In this document: positions 16,894 to 25,917 of the stretch, piece by piece
Numbering within the stretch: the stretch's first letter is position 1
How the letters are laid out: every line of letters begins with the position of its first letter
Origin: a virus
Length of the DNA: 38,029 nt
Strand: one strand, 5' to 3'
UHGV virus genome: UHGV-0335973
Notes under the pieces: generated by a model
Databases searched by the model: none
Seen by the model: the letters and a program-made list of their open reading frames with translations, nothing else
Told to the model about the DNA's origin: nothing
Position numbers and translations under genes: made by a program

Positions 16894-17449
16894 GAATGTC
16901 TTTGATTTACCTGAGATTGGTCGTGACAGCTATAGTATGTTAGACCGGTCCGACCTATCAATCTCTCGCCTTGAAACGATGCAAGGTATGATTAGTGGAA
17001 ACAGCCTAGAACACATCCTGAGCTGCTTACAAGCTAACATGGAACTCTTGCATATCAAAGCTAAAAACTACCACTGGAACGTCTCTGGTGCAGGATTTCA
17101 GGGTGTTCATGGTATGTTTGATGAGCTGGAAGATTACGCACGACAGGTAGGAGATCGTATTGCTGAACGTATGCGTTACCACTGTGTTAAAGTGGATGCT
17201 ACAGCAGCTAACTACCTCTCTCATGCTTGGTTCTCAGAGGGTAATGCTGATCTAGACATGGACGGTATGCTCTCTGATATGTGCATGACCTTGATGTGTA
17301 TTATTGAGAAGATGGATGAGTTTGATGGTGATTTAGCCACCTACCCTGTCGATCAGAGTATGCTTCAAGAAATTAATGAAGGTCTTGGCAAGTATTGCTA
17401 CTTCGTCAAGAGCAACATGTCCCATTCAAGTGGTGATGTGTCTTACTAA
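16886..17449 (+). CDS. Dps-like ferritin-fold protein
   Basis: KNYHWNVSGAGFQGVHGMFDELEDYARQVGDRIAERM resembles the Dps motif (HWNV.G..F..LH..FEE); internal ATG 16886 with GGAGA SD preferred over track start 16838. Confidence 0.5.
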   Translation: MHKNVFDLPEIGRDSYSMLDRSDLSISRLETMQGMISGNSLEHILSCLQANMELLHIKAKNYHWNVSGAGFQGVHGMFDELEDYARQVGDRIAERMRYHCVKVDATAANYLSHAWFSEGNADLDMDGMLSDMCMTLMCIIEKMDEFDGDLATYPVDQSMLQEINEGLGKYCYFVKSNMSHSSGDVSY

Positions 17450-17509
17450 AACCTCCGCCCTGTCTCCTAACCCGAGGTGGGGCGAACTTATTTATAAGGA
17501 TATAGATAT

Positions 17510-17689
17510 ATGTTATCAGCAATCGTATGGGGTATTTGGGCTATCTTTATCGGTGGTGGTATTTATTGGGCTTCTGGTAAGCTTATTGAAGAAACTCCTG
17601 ATAAGAAAGGTGAGATTCAAACAGCATCAACCATCATGGTTATCGTAGCTGTTGTTATCCCATTCCTGCTTCACCTCCTGACTGCATAA
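17510..17689 (+). CDS. small two-TM membrane protein (59 aa), not in ORF track
   Basis: ATG with AAGGA SD; two hydrophobic segments (IVWGIWAIFIGGGIYW, IMVIVAVVIPFLL). Confidence 0.35.
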   Translation: MLSAIVWGIWAIFIGGGIYWASGKLIEETPDKKGEIQTASTIMVIVAVVIPFLLHLLTA

Positions 17690-17697
17690 GGATTTAC

Positions 17698-17973
17698 ATG
17701 TCTAAGGTAATTAAATTTTATAGTGATCAGTGTGCTCCATGTAAAGCAATGGCCCCTACCTTTGAGAAGGTTGTTAAGGAGTTTGATGTAGAAGTGGAAG
17801 AGATTAACATCCTTGAAGGTGATGGTCGTGAGCAAGCTGTTAAGTATGGTGTACGAAGTATCCCTGCTTTCGTTGTTCCTGACCGTAACAGTGGTGCACA
17901 CTACAGCCTCTCTGGTATGCAGACTGAAGCAAACCTGAAAGCATTTTTGGACACAGCCCTGAGCAATAAGTAA
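17698..17973 (+). CDS. thioredoxin-family protein
   Basis: CAPC active-site motif in a ~90 aa protein with thioredoxin-like pattern. Confidence 0.65.
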   Translation: MSKVIKFYSDQCAPCKAMAPTFEKVVKEFDVEVEEINILEGDGREQAVKYGVRSIPAFVVPDRNSGAHYSLSGMQTEANLKAFLDTALSNK

Positions 17974-17988
17974 TAAGGATATTCACGG

Positions 17989-18645
17989 ATGAATGAACAA
18001 CTACAAGCAACACTAATCGAAGCTATGGGAAGTGATCGTAGCGTAGTAAATGCAGCTCGAGTTTCCTTTGGCGTAACCCGTGAAGGTGATTTAAATGAAC
18101 GTGATGAACGTCTCATCAACTTCCTCGCAAGAGAGAAGCATGTTACCCCATTCCGACACCCGCAAGTCAGTTTCCGATGCAAAGCACCTATCGCAATTGC
18201 GAGACAGTTGGGCAAGCATCAGGTTGGATTCTCGTGGAACGAAATGTCCCGGCGGTATAAAGATGGAGCAGTTGAAGTCTTCATCCCTAAAGAGATTTTT
18301 GCGAGACCTTCGGACCTCCATGCAGGTTCAGGGATTCAACTCATCGACGGAGAGCGAGCTGAAGCATTAATGCTGATTAACGATGCATATGAAGCTTCTC
18401 TAGCAGCATATGACAAGTTGATTGAATTTATTGCACCAGAGCAAGCTCGATTTGTTCTTCCTCAGGGGATGATCACTGAATGGGTGTGGACTGGTTCTTT
18501 GTATGGCTGGTTTGAGTTGTGTCGTCAGCGACTCTCCTCTCACGCTCAATACGAAGTTCGAGTGTTTGCCCAATCTCTAGACGAAGAGATGGCTAAGCTC
18601 TACCCAATCTCATGGGCAGCTCTGAAGAAAACTTTGGAGAACTGA
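17989..18645 (+). CDS. thyX: flavin-dependent thymidylate synthase (ThyX-like)
   Basis: FRHPQVSF, RQRLSSHAQ (RHR..S-like) and ThyX-typical length. Confidence 0.7.
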   Translation: MNEQLQATLIEAMGSDRSVVNAARVSFGVTREGDLNERDERLINFLAREKHVTPFRHPQVSFRCKAPIAIARQLGKHQVGFSWNEMSRRYKDGAVEVFIPKEIFARPSDLHAGSGIQLIDGERAEALMLINDAYEASLAAYDKLIEFIAPEQARFVLPQGMITEWVWTGSLYGWFELCRQRLSSHAQYEVRVFAQSLDEEMAKLYPISWAALKKTLEN

Positions 18646-18830
18646 TGACACGTAAAGTGTGTAGCTTCTGTAAGAAAGAGAAGACTATCGTCAACTTTAA
18701 ACCTAATCCTGTAACTGGTTTGAATCATGCTATGTGTCATGCTTGTGTTACCTATCATGAGAATAAACACACTATCAACAGGTTGCATTATTATCACCCA
18801 ACAACATTCAAATTTAAGGTTGTGAAATGA
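18645..18830 (+). CDS. small zinc-finger protein
   Basis: CSFCKK...CHAC Cys4 pattern; ATG overlaps thyX stop (TGATG). Confidence 0.4.
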   Translation: MTRKVCSFCKKEKTIVNFKPNPVTGLNHAMCHACVTYHENKHTINRLHYYHPTTFKFKVVK

Positions 18831-19150
18831 TTGACAGTAATACATTTAGGACTTCAAATGGAAGTGAAATAAGTCCCGCTGAAGTAATCAATCGGCATAG
18901 AAGGCAATTGATCATCCATTCCTATTTGTATTACTGGTTGGATGACCCTATCTGGTCTGATGATAAATGGCAACAAGTTGCTAACGATTTGGTTGAGTTG
19001 CAAGCTCTGTATCCAGAGCCTACTGGAGTCTTTGACAACGAGTTTAAAGATTGGGATGGTTCTACAGGTATGCATCTCCCACATAACGAAGCTGTTGCTT
19101 GTATGGCGACAGCTGTTTACAGACTTCATAAAGAGGTTAACGTCGCATGA
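18827..19150 (+). CDS. hypothetical protein (107 aa)
   Basis: ORF from track, ATGA overlap. Confidence 0.5.
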   Translation: MIDSNTFRTSNGSEISPAEVINRHRRQLIIHSYLYYWLDDPIWSDDKWQQVANDLVELQALYPEPTGVFDNEFKDWDGSTGMHLPHNEAVACMATAVYRLHKEVNVA

Positions 19151-19347
19151 GCGTAGTTTATGTTCTAGAAAGATACGCTGAAGATCACAACGGTGTTGTT
19201 GCCATATTTAAATATGCCCCGGATGTTGAGGACGTTTTGAATGTGACCAACTTAACTGATGTTGATAAAATCAAAGACCTCATCAGAGATGACAATGCCC
19301 ACATAGGTGACTCCTTGTGGTCTCTTACTGAATGGACATTGTGGTGA
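19147..19347 (+). CDS. hypothetical protein (66 aa)
   Basis: ORF from track. Confidence 0.4.
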   Translation: MSVVYVLERYAEDHNGVVAIFKYAPDVEDVLNVTNLTDVDKIKDLIRDDNAHIGDSLWSLTEWTLW

Positions 19348-19529
19348 GGTGCTCTAGATGTGAAGGAACAAACCTTCATTTAAGTAACAAGGTTATCAGA
19401 GAGCTTGCTAAAGGCTCTCCAACCAAAGGGAAGAACAAACGATTTACTAACGTCAGGGTTTATACAGCAATCTGTAAAGACTGCTTAACTACTGAGTGTC
19501 ATTACGAAGAAATTGGAGAGCGTAAATGA
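19332..19529 (+). CDS. small zinc-ribbon protein
   Basis: CSRC...CKDC Cys4 pattern. Confidence 0.4.
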   Translation: MDIVVRCSRCEGTNLHLSNKVIRELAKGSPTKGKNKRFTNVRVYTAICKDCLTTECHYEEIGERK

Positions 19530-20269
19530 GTCGTCGTCAATCACGGAAAGAATCACGGAAAGACCTTCGTCGGGAAGCACTTGTTACTCGTAAGGGTAAG
19601 CGAGAGTATGAAGAGGTGGTTTTAGCAAAGCCTGTAGTCCCTCAGAACCAGTTTCAGTCTGAGCTACTCAATGCTATTAAGACTAAACAAGTTGTGTTCA
19701 CAGACGCTCCTGCGGGCTGTGGTAAGACCTTTGTAATCACTTCCACGGTTATTGATGCACTGAAGAGTGGTAAGATTCAGAAGATCATCCTGAGTCGACC
19801 TTCGGTCGGCATGGGCAACTCTCTTGGGTTACTTCCGGGAGGAATGCGTGAGAAGTTTGAACCATACCTGATGCCTATTATTGATGTTATTACTCAGCGA
19901 TATGGTAAAGGGTTCTATGAATGCCAAATCGGAAACGGTAACATCGAATTCGTACCTCTGGAATATCTCCGTGGTCGTTCCTTCAATGATGCCATTGTTA
20001 TCGTGGATGAGTTCCAGAACACCACTAAAGATGAAGCCTTCTCCATCATGACTCGATTGGGAGAAACCTCTCAATTGTTCTGTATGGGTGATACAAACCA
20101 GCATGATATGCGTGGTCGTGAGGGTGGTCTTACTTGGGCTACTAACTTTATTGATGAACATGATCTGTATGAGTTCGCTGAGATTGTAGATGGTGAATCA
20201 GATGACATTGTTCGTTCTGGTTTCTGTAAGGCGATTGTTAAAGCAATGGAAAAAGGACAAGATGAGTGA
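19526..20269 (+). CDS. phoH: PhoH-like ATPase
   Basis: Walker A DAPAGCGKTF, Walker B IVIVDEFQN, PhoH-typical length. Confidence 0.75.
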   Translation: MSRRQSRKESRKDLRREALVTRKGKREYEEVVLAKPVVPQNQFQSELLNAIKTKQVVFTDAPAGCGKTFVITSTVIDALKSGKIQKIILSRPSVGMGNSLGLLPGGMREKFEPYLMPIIDVITQRYGKGFYECQIGNGNIEFVPLEYLRGRSFNDAIVIVDEFQNTTKDEAFSIMTRLGETSQLFCMGDTNQHDMRGREGGLTWATNFIDEHDLYEFAEIVDGESDDIVRSGFCKAIVKAMEKGQDE

Positions 20270-20451
20270 AAGCAGCTCTAGTTATTCGAGATTGTGGTGA
20301 TGGTTCAGCAACCATCGACTTCTACAAAAATATCGAACGAGCGTGTTTTGAGTGTGAAGAGTTCAATGAAGACACCTGCATGAATGATGGAGAACCTACT
20401 ATCATTGATGTTCCTGATGATTTTGTACCACCGGGAGGGTGGAGTGAGTAA
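20266..20451 (+). CDS. hypothetical protein (61 aa)
   Basis: ORF from track. Confidence 0.4.
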   Translation: MKAALVIRDCGDGSATIDFYKNIERACFECEEFNEDTCMNDGEPTIIDVPDDFVPPGGWSE

Positions 20452-20632
20452 TACTCAAGAGTCAGTAATAGAAGAGATTAAAGCTCAGATAGTTGATAAA
20501 CTCTCTATCAGGGTTGATTCTAAAGACACCAAATGCTCTGGTATATTGAAGATAGATCTTCTTTACAATGGGGAGGTTATCTCCTTTGATGAGGTATATG
20601 CCTCTGATATTAAATACTTAGCAGAGTTTTAA
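20444..20632 (+). CDS. hypothetical protein (GTG start)
   Basis: ORF overlapping upstream stop; track start 20384 is in the upstream gene. Confidence 0.35.
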   Translation: MSNTQESVIEEIKAQIVDKLSIRVDSKDTKCSGILKIDLLYNGEVISFDEVYASDIKYLAEF

Positions 20633-20686
20633 TAGCATTCATAATGTATACTCCTTAGTGTACACTGATATATTAAGGAGTTTTAA

Positions 20687-21004
20687 ATGGCAGATCATGT
20701 AGGAAAGAGAGATTATGCACAAGAAAGACGTACCGCAATTGCCCGTGGTGAGACAGGCGTTGGGAGCAAGAGCGGAGATGCTCAGCGCCACCGTGCACGT
20801 CGCATCGTTGAAAAGCGCGACGGAAAAGCTGCTGTCAGAGGTAAAGACGTTGGACACAAACGAGCTGTCAAGTCTGGAGGTTCTAATGCGTCAAGCAACT
20901 TACGTGTTGAATCAGTCAGCTCAAACCGTTCAAACGGCGGCAAAAGTGGTGATCGAGCTGGAAAAGCAGCTGGAGCACGCAAAGGAGCTTTAAGCTCATC
21001 GTAA
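20687..21004 (+). CDS. basic Gly/Ser/Lys-rich low-complexity protein (KGG-like stress protein flavour); alternative overlapping frame 20715-20993 also open
   Basis: strong TAAGGAG SD 6 nt upstream; locally GC-richer island; followed by strong terminator. Confidence 0.4.
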   Translation: MADHVGKRDYAQERRTAIARGETGVGSKSGDAQRHRARRIVEKRDGKAAVRGKDVGHKRAVKSGGSNASSNLRVESVSSNRSNGGKSGDRAGKAAGARKGALSSS

Positions 21005-21008
21005 TATG

Positions 21009-21039
21009 AGGCTACCCAAATGGGTGGCCTTTTCTTTTA
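21009..21039 (+). terminator. rho-independent terminator
   Basis: AGGCTACCCA...TGGGTGGCCT stem followed by TTTTCTTTT. Confidence 0.55.
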
Positions 21040-21073
21040 TATAAATCAAGTTGAACTTTTTTAGGTAATAAAT

Positions 21074-21328
21074 ATGTCTATTGTAAAAATCGTAAATATT
21101 TTTGATGTAACCAGAGATGGCAAGATTGTTAAGTGGACTTTCACTAACCACCACAACAAATCAAACAAGATCATCGAACGCATGATTGAGATTAACCCTA
21201 AAACAGCTCGCACTAACGTACTCCTTCGCGGAGCTGATGGAAAATTTATCTCTTATAAGAATAAGAACGTAGAAAAATCTTTCCGTGTTGCAGTAGAAAA
21301 CCTAATCCCATTCCCTAAAGGAGTTTAA
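21074..21328 (+). CDS. small protein, paralog A of tandem pair
   Basis: shares KTARTNV(L/M)LR..GKFISY and PFPKG with next ORF. Confidence 0.5.
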   Translation: MSIVKIVNIFDVTRDGKIVKWTFTNHHNKSNKIIERMIEINPKTARTNVLLRGADGKFISYKNKNVEKSFRVAVENLIPFPKGV

Positions 21329-21329
21329 T

Positions 21330-21614
21330 ATGAATAAATTAGCTATGGTTCAAATTCGAGATACTTTTCCTCTGCGTGAGAATATGAAACCACGTACTTG
21401 GTCTTACCTGCTAGCTGAGAGTAAGACTATCAACAAATATTTTGTAGAGATTGATTGTATCCCAACTAGTATCACATTACTCCCTCACAAAACAGCCAGA
21501 ACTAATGTGATGTTACGTGACAGCAAAGGTAAGTTTATCTCTTACCGTGATTCACGAATCAATAACGAAATTAAATCTGCTATGGAATCTTTAATGCCAT
21601 TCCCAAAAGGTTGA
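21330..21614 (+). CDS. small protein, paralog B of tandem pair
   Basis: same conserved motifs as 21074-21328. Confidence 0.5.
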   Translation: MNKLAMVQIRDTFPLRENMKPRTWSYLLAESKTINKYFVEIDCIPTSITLLPHKTARTNVMLRDSKGKFISYRDSRINNEIKSAMESLMPFPKG

Positions 21615-21616
21615 GT

Positions 21617-21775
21617 AATGAAAGAATACATTTACGTAGGACAGCGCTGGTTCGGTGATGAATGGGAAGGCGGATACAGCGTTGTGAAAGCTTTTAAGTC
21701 GGAAGAAGATGCCAAGTCATGGGTCTTAAAAGACGATGTTGGCGAGAGAACTTACATTGAAGTAGAGGTGGAGTA
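21617..21775 (+). CDS. hypothetical small protein (52 aa), not in ORF track
   Basis: ATG 2 nt after upstream stop; ends 2 nt before next start. Confidence 0.3.
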
Positions 21776-21777
21776 GG

Positions 21778-22191
21778 ATGCCATTACCAGCTAGACACCA
21801 AAACCGTTTCTTAGTTCTCAAGTGGGATGATATTGAAATGAATCTCACTGAACATGAACTAGATTTGTTCCATGAATTATTATCAGAGATTCGCTCTGGT
21901 ATTCCTGAACGTCAGTATGTGGTTATCAGTGATAAGCACCCTCAAGAGTTTGAAGAAGCTTGGGGCATGAAGCTGGCCTATATCCAGAGAGCTATTAGAG
22001 AAAGAGAAGAAGTTGCTAATCAGAGGGTTGTGGCCCATCTAGTCAGAGAGCAGCCTCGTGAGGTTAGATCTTCTTATTCTGCATCTACTTGGGCACAAAC
22101 AAATGCAGCAATGAGAACATATGCTGTTGATTCCTCATCCTTGGATGTAGTAGAAGATAACCAAGCATTTACAGATTTACTTTACCAATAA
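21778..22191 (+). CDS. hypothetical protein (137 aa)
   Basis: ORF from track. Confidence 0.5.
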   Translation: MPLPARHQNRFLVLKWDDIEMNLTEHELDLFHELLSEIRSGIPERQYVVISDKHPQEFEEAWGMKLAYIQRAIREREEVANQRVVAHLVREQPREVRSSYSASTWAQTNAAMRTYAVDSSSLDVVEDNQAFTDLLYQ

Positions 22192-22207
22192 TTTAAAGGA
22201 GTATAAA

Positions 22208-23558
22208 GTGAGCAACCCGGACGCTCTTCCATTTTTGACAGAGATGACTGTCGCTGATATAATCTCTAAGCAAGCAAAGCACGGAGTGAGTTTCAACCGA
22301 AGAAATGCTCGGTGGTATGTTCACCTCCTTAAAGAGATTATTGTTAATATTGACAGAGAGTTGATTCCTCTCTTACCTAAGATGAGATTAGACGGCTCTA
22401 CTTATATGAAGCCGTTTAAGAAGTCTGGAGCTTTGCAGAAGTGGCCTCAAGCTTATTGTGATAGGGTTGGACTTAAGAGAGAAGATATTGGTGGAGCTTT
22501 CACCTGTGTCGAATATGTAGACTTTGACCCATCGAAAGATGCACGAGTTAAAGAAGCTCTTATGGATGAGGGCTTTCTTCCTCCAGAGTTTAACGTATCT
22601 AAGAAGCCTTGGAATACTTTCGAAATTAAGAAAGACATGAGAAAGTATGGAACATACCAAGCATGGTATACTGCTTGGATGCGAGGCAATGCTAAGCAGA
22701 AGCAGACAGCCGAGATGGTTGACGCTGATATTAAGAAGTTCTTAGAAAAGCATTTCAGGTTTAAAACTAAGAACTACATGAAGGCTTATGTATTTGGTTT
22801 AGGTTTAAACCCTAACCGACGTAATCCTGTAACGTTTGATGAGATTAAGAAAGCACTAGCCACATCAAACAAGTGGCCTACAGCTCCTACAAACCTCGAG
22901 GAGACTCTTGAAGAAGGGTTAGGGGGTGAGCTAGGGAGTGTCGGAAGTTTGCTTAAGAGACGCGTTGTAGCGGCTCACAGGCTAGGTCTTATCAGTGGAC
23001 TCATAGCAAAGGAGCGCGAAGATGGTAAACTTTCGGCAGAAGCTAACAGCTGCGCTACGCCGACTTTTCGATTCAAACACCGTATCGTGGTTAATATTCC
23101 CTCCCGTGGTTTGTTTGGTCATGAGTGTCGCAGTTTGTTTGAATCTGACTATAACTCAGATGATGATCACTCTCGTCCTTTCGTTATTACTAACGTTGTT
23201 CCTGATGGTTGTTATATACGAAAAGGTACTAACGTAATTTATGAGAAAGGTAAACCGGGGAAGAAAGACAAACCTGTAGGTGCTTACAAATATTACATAC
23301 CCGCTGGTAAAGAAGTATTCTTAGGGTATGATGGTTCTGGGCTTGAACTTCGTATGCTCGCTCACTACCTCATTAAAGAGTGTAGGGATATGCTTGCTGA
23401 GGCAATCGAAGAGAACAATCCAGCTAAGAAAGCTCTGGCAGAACGTGGTTTAGCTTCTGCTATTATGTATCGTGATATTCTCCTTGAAGGTGATATCCAC
23501 TCCCACAACCAGAAACTTGCTGGTCTTCCTACTCGTGACAACGCTAAGACGTTTATCT
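22208..23558 (+). CDS. DNA polymerase (family A, T7 gene 5-like polymerase domain), exon 1
   Basis: motif A GYDGSGLELRMLAHY; DIHSHNQKLAGLPTRDNAKTFI = start of motif B; track stop 23558-23560 is created by the intron. Confidence 0.75.
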
Positions 23559-24264
23559 GACGTAAATGGATACTTCGAGAGTAATCTCGTCGATTAAATT
23601 GGGTGAACTCAGGGAAACTCTCTAGTAGACAATCCTGAGCCAAGCAAGTATTCTATAGCAACTCAACAAGGAGGTGCTTATGGAATATACAACTGTAACT
23701 AAAACTAAAGAAGAACAGACTGCCGAGGCAGGTAAATACCCTCAAGGTCAGTTCAACCCAAAACCTTGCCGTAATTGCTCAAAAGATTTTCAACCAAATG
23801 CACCATCTGAACATTATTGCTCTGATGGATGCAAAGATAGAGGCTGGAGAAATTCATACTTCAAACGAATGTATGGAATCACAGCCGATGATTACGAAAA
23901 GATGTACGCTGATCAGGATGGGAAGTGTGCTATCTGTAAGGGCGAAGGATTTGTAATGGCAACACATCACAGAATTAGACTTGTGGTTGATCATTGCCAT
24001 GAATCTGGAGTAATACGTGGTCTGTTGTGTCACAACTGCAACAGAGCTTTAGGGCTACTGAAAGATGATGTTAGCCGATTAGAAACAGCTATAGAATACT
24101 TGAAGGTGCAACGACTATCCGAAAGGAGTACACCGGAAGCTGATGCCGGTGGAAGCGCCCAACCCCTCGACAGAGGGTGATGATATAGTCTATCCTACAC
24201 GGCGACGTGTAGCAGTTCATAAGAGAACGGGCAGGAGTGTTGCGGCTCCTGTCGAATATACGAG
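23559..24264 (+). mobile_element. group I intron (706 nt) with endonuclease VII-type HNH ORF
   Basis: P1 pairing exon UAUCU with intron GGAUA (~23568); 5' and 3' segments homologous to intron 1 with compensatory changes in two hairpins; splicing yields KTFIYAFNYGAGD, matching T7 KTFIYGFLYGAGD spacing. Confidence 0.65.
23674..24180 (+). CDS. intron-encoded HNH endonuclease (endonuclease VII family)
   Basis: CAICKGEG...VVDHCHESGVIRGLLCHNCNRALG motif; AAGGAGG SD. Confidence 0.65.
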   Translation: MLMEYTTVTKTKEEQTAEAGKYPQGQFNPKPCRNCSKDFQPNAPSEHYCSDGCKDRGWRNSYFKRMYGITADDYEKMYADQDGKCAICKGEGFVMATHHRIRLVVDHCHESGVIRGLLCHNCNRALGLLKDDVSRLETAIEYLKVQRLSERSTPEADAGGSAQPLDRG

Positions 24265-24758
24265 ATGCGTTCAACTACGGTGCTGGCGACGCTAAGCTTG
24301 GCTCAATTGTAGGTGGTGGGGCTGACGAAGGCTCAGTGATGCGAGCACGTTTCTTAGCAGAGAACCCATGTATTGCAATCCTCATTGATCGTATGACAGA
24401 AAAGGCTGCTCAAGGGTACTTGATTGGTGTTGATGGTCGTAAGATTACAATGAGACGAGATGCCACTGGTAAAGTTATGGTTCATAAAGCCCTTAACACA
24501 CTCCTGCAATGTGCTGGTGCTGTTGTTATGAAATATGCTATGATGTTCCTCAACAAGTGGATTGAGAGGGATGGGGTTCGTTGTGCTAAGGTAATTGATA
24601 TGCACGATGAAGGTCAATTCTCAGTAAACCGTAATGATGTACAGAAACTCAAAGAGCACACTGAGCTTTGTGTTAAGAAAGCTGGTGAGTATTTGAACAT
24701 GGAATGTCCTCTGGCTTCTGATTGTCAGATTGGATTAAATTGGATGCACACACACTAA
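24265..24758 (+). CDS. DNA polymerase, exon 2 (motif B/C region)
   Basis: AFNYGAGDAKLG and NTLLQCAGAVVMK, HDEGQF matching T7 gene 5 C-terminal region; track start 24237 is intron-encoded. Confidence 0.7.
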
Positions 24759-24955
24759 ATTCAGAACTGAAAGACCGGAACACAAATGAACTAGTCTTAT
24801 TGATTAGTTCATCATAAGGAGATTGAAGTGGAAGAGATGCCATCGGATTGGTGTTATCGTCAGAGCGCCATCTGTAATGAACAAGGCCGTGCAGATGAAG
24901 CACAATATTATCTGGAATTAGCGGAGCTTTGGAAAGAGCGAGAGGAGAAAGAGTG

Positions 24956-25123
24956 ATGGAAGGTATCTACCGTAAGCCACCTCCGAAATACAACATCCTT
25001 TATACTGATGCAACAGGTGAGTTTAGAAGTGTGTTAGTTTACACGGATGAAGAACGAAACCAAATGGTTGCTGCTATTGAAGCCAATGGTGGTATAATCA
25101 TGCGAATTTATAACATAACATAA
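24956..25123 (+). CDS. hypothetical small protein
   Basis: internal ATG with GAGGAG SD preferred over TTG track start 24929. Confidence 0.3.
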   Translation: MEGIYRKPPPKYNILYTDATGEFRSVLVYTDEERNQMVAAIEANGGIIMRIYNIT

Positions 25124-25132
25124 GGAATATCA

Positions 25133-25309
25133 ATGACTGCTTCTGAATTAAAAGAAACCCTATCCACTGAAGAAGGTAAAGCTTTCTTCTTATCTCAAGT
25201 ACACTCTATGGGTAAAGATGCCCTTCGCCAAGCAGTCGTTGAGCTTACTGGTGTAGTGATTGACTTGAGTATTGAAAATGAAACACTTGAAGCTAAAGTG
25301 AATAGTTAA
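25133..25309 (+). CDS. hypothetical small protein (58 aa), not in ORF track
   Basis: ATG with AAGGA SD; followed by terminator. Confidence 0.35.
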   Translation: MTASELKETLSTEEGKAFFLSQVHSMGKDALRQAVVELTGVVIDLSIENETLEAKVNS

Positions 25310-25314
25310 ATAAG

Positions 25315-25339
25315 AAGCTGCCTTAGGGCGGCTTTTCTT
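25315..25339 (+). terminator. putative rho-independent terminator
   Basis: AAGCTGCC-TTAG-GGCGGCTT hairpin followed by TTCTTG. Confidence 0.45.
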
Positions 25340-25355
25340 GTCTAAAGGATTTGAC

Positions 25356-25748
25356 ATGAATATTGGTTTAGACTATGATGACACTTACACAGCAGATAGA
25401 CGTCTGTGGAGAGATGTGATAGGTTTAATGAAAGAGTACGGACATGATGTAAGATTCGTGACTTTCCGTTTCTCAGAGCCTAATGGTTATGATAACGTGG
25501 ATATCCTCTACGATGCAGAGACCCTGCAAATCCCTGTCATCTTTTGTAATGGTGTGCAGAAGGATGATGTGTGTCGACAGTTAGGTTTCTTTGTAGATAT
25601 CTGGATTGATGACTTCCCTGTTGGAATCCCCAAAAAGGACCACCTAGACGGTATGCTGAAGGGCGTAAGACTTAATGACCTTAGGGCAGCACCTCCTGTA
25701 GAAATAGCCGCCCCTGTGTACTCTGAAGAGCCTTTGGTGATTCGATGA
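25356..25748 (+). CDS. putative HAD-like phosphatase (short)
   Basis: N-terminal GLDYDDT (DxDxT) motif; ATG 25356 with AAAGGA SD preferred over track start 25338. Confidence 0.35.
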   Translation: MNIGLDYDDTYTADRRLWRDVIGLMKEYGHDVRFVTFRFSEPNGYDNVDILYDAETLQIPVIFCNGVQKDDVCRQLGFFVDIWIDDFPVGIPKKDHLDGMLKGVRLNDLRAAPPVEIAAPVYSEEPLVIR

Positions 25749-25917
25749 AGAAGGTAACTCTTTGGGCTTTAGGTATAGCTCTATTCCTATATCTTATTGA
25801 TATCGGAGGAGATGCCAGTAGAGAAGACTGTGAAATGAGATTGTCTCAAGAGTTTAAGTCAGAGACAAAGTGGGTTAACGGTAGATGCTATGTAAAAGAT
25901 TGGGGAAGAACTTCTCG

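Noticed and set aside
17376-17648. Track ORF 17376-17648 (90 aa)
   Set aside because: Overlaps the Dps 3' end and the better-supported small membrane ORF 17510-17689 in another frame; no RBS.
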